Origin: an uncultured Chroococcidiopsis sp.
GTDB lineage: Bacteria; Cyanobacteriota; Cyanobacteriia; Cyanobacteriales; Chroococcidiopsidaceae
Assembly: GCA_964248365.1 (NCBI GenBank)
Contig: CAXTYC010000052.1
Location: 1 to 28,861 of the forward strand
Reading direction: 5' to 3'
DNA: 28,861 nucleotides
In this document: piece by piece, positions 26,409-28,861 of the stretch
Numbering within the stretch: position 1 is the stretch's first letter
Layout: every line of letters starts with the position of its first letter
The notes under the pieces: model-generated
The model's database searches: none
What the model saw: only the letters and a program-made list of their open reading frames with translations
Told to the model about the DNA's origin: nothing
Position numbers and translations under genes: made by a program

Positions 26409-27471
26409 ATGTAATAGTGCGATCGCGTCAGTGTAGGACTAGCCAGAAATAAATCTCCTTTCTCGTTTAAGCAGTGGGATAAATTTTTGAATATGTAGTC
26501 AGGCTGAGGCTGAATCAGAAGTATAGAAGCAATTGCCTATCACTGACCCTTCGGGTCATCACAGGTCTTTGCTAGCAACGCAAGCTGCCGGAATCCGATG
26601 TAGGCTCAACGGCGGCACTACCTTTAAAAGGCAGTGTCCCGATAACTGCTTTTAATCGGGTGAATGGGTAAAGATGTTTGTTGTAACTGGGGCGGCGATG
26701 TTAGCTCAAGTGGTGCTTCTTGTAGTTGCTGCTGTTAAATTTACTTTTGGCTCAACCCCCGTTGCAGTTGCCAAATTCTTCTTTTCCAAGCTTCTTGGTT
26801 GATTTGCCAAGCCAATTGAATCCAAGCTCGTGTCCACAAAACTTGAAAAACTATGCGCTCATATCCTAGCATTGAGCCAGAGTGGAATAGCACGCGCAGT
26901 GTCGCACAAATGAAGTGTTTTCATGTGTTTCAGCACTTTGAAAAAATGGAGAGAACAGAAGTAGCGATTGCTACCTCTGTGCGTTGGGGGCAGGAAGGGC
27001 ATAAAGGAGAGCATAGAAGTAGCGATCGCCTTCTAGGAATTGTAGATTTTCCTGATTCCCGACCCGAACCCAACCTCGAAGCTATTCATTTTCTCAAGTC
27101 CTTATTAGTTCACGATTTTACCTTAACGCCCGTGCCATTCGTTTTACGGTGCTTGATTCTAGAATAAGAGCGATGAAATCTTGAATGAATTACCAGCTTC
27201 ATGCTGTCATTATAAATACTTTATTTTTACTTAACAGGGAACTGTGCATAATCTCCTTTAGCTATACATATTGAATAAACGAAGGGAGATTTGTACTGGT
27301 TTAAACAAATTTATGCATAAAAGTACTGAAGCGGACGTACTGAAGAAATGAAAGTTTTACACCAAATAAAACAATCTCCTGTATAAAACCAACAAGGCAA
27401 ACGTAATGAATTACAGAAAACAACTTCAGCCTTGTGTAAACGAACAACTAGGAATAAAGGAAGTAACTGAC

Positions 27472-27837
27472 ATGACTTTTAACACTATCAAAACAACTGC
27501 TAACGTACTCAAAGCTAGTCTAATCAGTGTAGTAGCAGCAGCAGGCTTCGGATTGCTAACCCTACCTGCTAAAGCTGATGAAATCAACCAGGGTGCTTTC
27601 CAAACCAACCAGCAAGAAGGCACTGATAATACTGGTGTCAACCAAAGCGACCAAAACGCACAAATTCAAAAAAGAGAAACTAGAATTGGCAGCCCTGCTC
27701 GTGAAGCTCGTACCCCAGAGAGAATTAATCAAAACGTAGACAGTTTAAACGATCAATATGGTCATGGCAATACTGGTGTAAACCAGAACCGCCAAAACGG
27801 CAGAATTGAGCGCCATAGCTTTGACATCAGTCGCTAA
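27472..27837 (+). CDS. Secreted Asn/Gln-rich repeat protein
   Basis: Signal peptide ending PAKA; two repeats INQ...Q.G..NTGVNQ...QN; AAGGA RBS before ATG 27472. Confidence 0.75.
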   Translation: MTFNTIKTTANVLKASLISVVAAAGFGLLTLPAKADEINQGAFQTNQQEGTDNTGVNQSDQNAQIQKRETRIGSPAREARTPERINQNVDSLNDQYGHGNTGVNQNRQNGRIERHSFDISR

Positions 27838-27949
27838 TTCAATCGCCCAATCACAAAATTGGGCAATCCTCCTCACAACTTGAGCTAATCTTGTTTTTTG
27901 CAACACTGGTATAGGCAATTCCATAAATTAACGCACGACCAACAGGAAC

Positions 27950-28730
27950 GGCGTTGCTGAAAACCTAATAGGTAAGCGTGGCAAAATAGAGTGATGCAGG
28001 TTTCTTGTATGAACTAAAATGAAGTGTCATAGTTGTGAGGCAATTGAGTGCTTTAAGAACGGTCATCGCCAAGGGAGACAGTGCTACAAGTGCAAGCGCT
28101 GTGGTCGCCAATTTCTGGAGAGCTACCGCCCCTGGCAATATTCGGATGATGTCAAGCAACTGTGCCTGAAAATGTACCTGAATGGCATGGGACTGCGGGG
28201 CATTGAACGAGTTACCGAGATTCACCATACCACTGTCATGCATTGGATTCGCTCTGCTGGGCATCAACTCCCAGATGCGCCGGAGTCGGAAGAAATCCCA
28301 GAGGTAACAGATCTGGATGAATTGCAAACCTTTGTGGGTCGCAAGCGCAACAAGTTGTGGATTTGGACAGCCGTCAATCATAATCAAGCTGGAATTGTAG
28401 CATGGGTGATCGGTGAGCGCAGTGCAGAAACATTCAAGCCCTTGTAGCTAATCGTCAAGTGCTGGCACTGTTTCTTTTATGTTACTGATGGCTTGAAGGT
28501 CTATCCGATGTTCATCGAGTCGGGCGACCAAATTGTCAGCAAGACCTACATGACTCGCGTTGAAGGTGAAAATACTCGATTGCGTCACTATTTGGCACGA
28601 TTGCACCGTAAGACGTTGTGCTACTCCAAGTCAATTGAGATGTTAGAGTGTTCACTACGTTTGCTGCTGCACTATCTGAAAGATGACACCGTCCATATTC
28701 CTGCTTAAATCATTACCTTTCAGCAACGCC
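27950..28730 (+). mobile_element. IS1-family insertion sequence, 781 bp
   Basis: TIRs GGCGTTGCTGAAA and TTTCAGCAACGCC; 8-bp target duplication ACAGGAAC (27942-27949, 28731-28738). Confidence 0.95.
28019..28708 (+). pseudogene. IS1 transposase (fused InsA-InsB frame) with an in-frame TAG at 28445-28447
   Basis: Zn ribbon CHSC...CKRC, HTH, DELQTFVG, then KPL*LIVKCW...TDG, VEGENTRLRHYLARLHRKT in the same frame. Confidence 0.92.
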
Positions 28731-28861
28731 ACAGGAACGGATGTGTTTATTCCTATGTATACGCTTTGTTGTTTATGCAGTCGTGTATTGATTTATGGAT
28801 GCCTTTGGCGTTGCACAATAGACAAATGATTTAGCTTGGAACAGGAACAATTCTATACTTT

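Noticed and set aside
26853..27167. 104-aa ORF
   Set aside because: No RBS or motif and unconvincing composition.
27323..27345. GTACTGAAG x2 upstream of the secreted protein
   Set aside because: Too short to assign to a regulator from sequence alone.

Overview
This is an AT-rich, HIP1 (GCGATCGC)-dense window, so cyanobacterial, and most likely a large plasmid or integrated element. From left to right it has four parts. (1) IS debris (a probable IS end nested in a decayed IS982, and an intact IS5/IS1031 element) and a mosaic RTX-repeat lipase. (2) A ~13 kb, almost entirely minus-strand block (4182-17252) that diverges from an Xre repressor. It encodes HicA, a HicB-HicA-like fusion, a DUF5895-like protein with an SSB-type acidic tail, a DUF3150-like protein, DUF1257, DUF2997, a Ycf46-type AAA+ ATPase, a WGR + PARP-regulatory-like protein lacking a catalytic domain, a protein with repeated beta-clamp-binding-like motifs, an orphan amino-methyltransferase, and DNA Pol III delta (with an in-frame stop) and delta-prime. 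(3) A plus-strand module: Xre, a RelE-type TA pair, an antirepressor-like gene, and a frameshifted wHTH initiator-like gene with internal 22-bp iteron-like repeats, whose 3' half is duplicated around a GH29 fucosidase. (4) A DUF433/DUF5615 TA pair, a GFA pseudogene, small secreted proteins and an IS1 copy with a nonsense mutation. The best candidate for an undescribed system is the minus-strand block, which looks like a module that senses DNA breaks and interacts with the replisome/clamp, coupled to an AAA+ machine. All family calls come from motif recognition by eye; no database searches were run.
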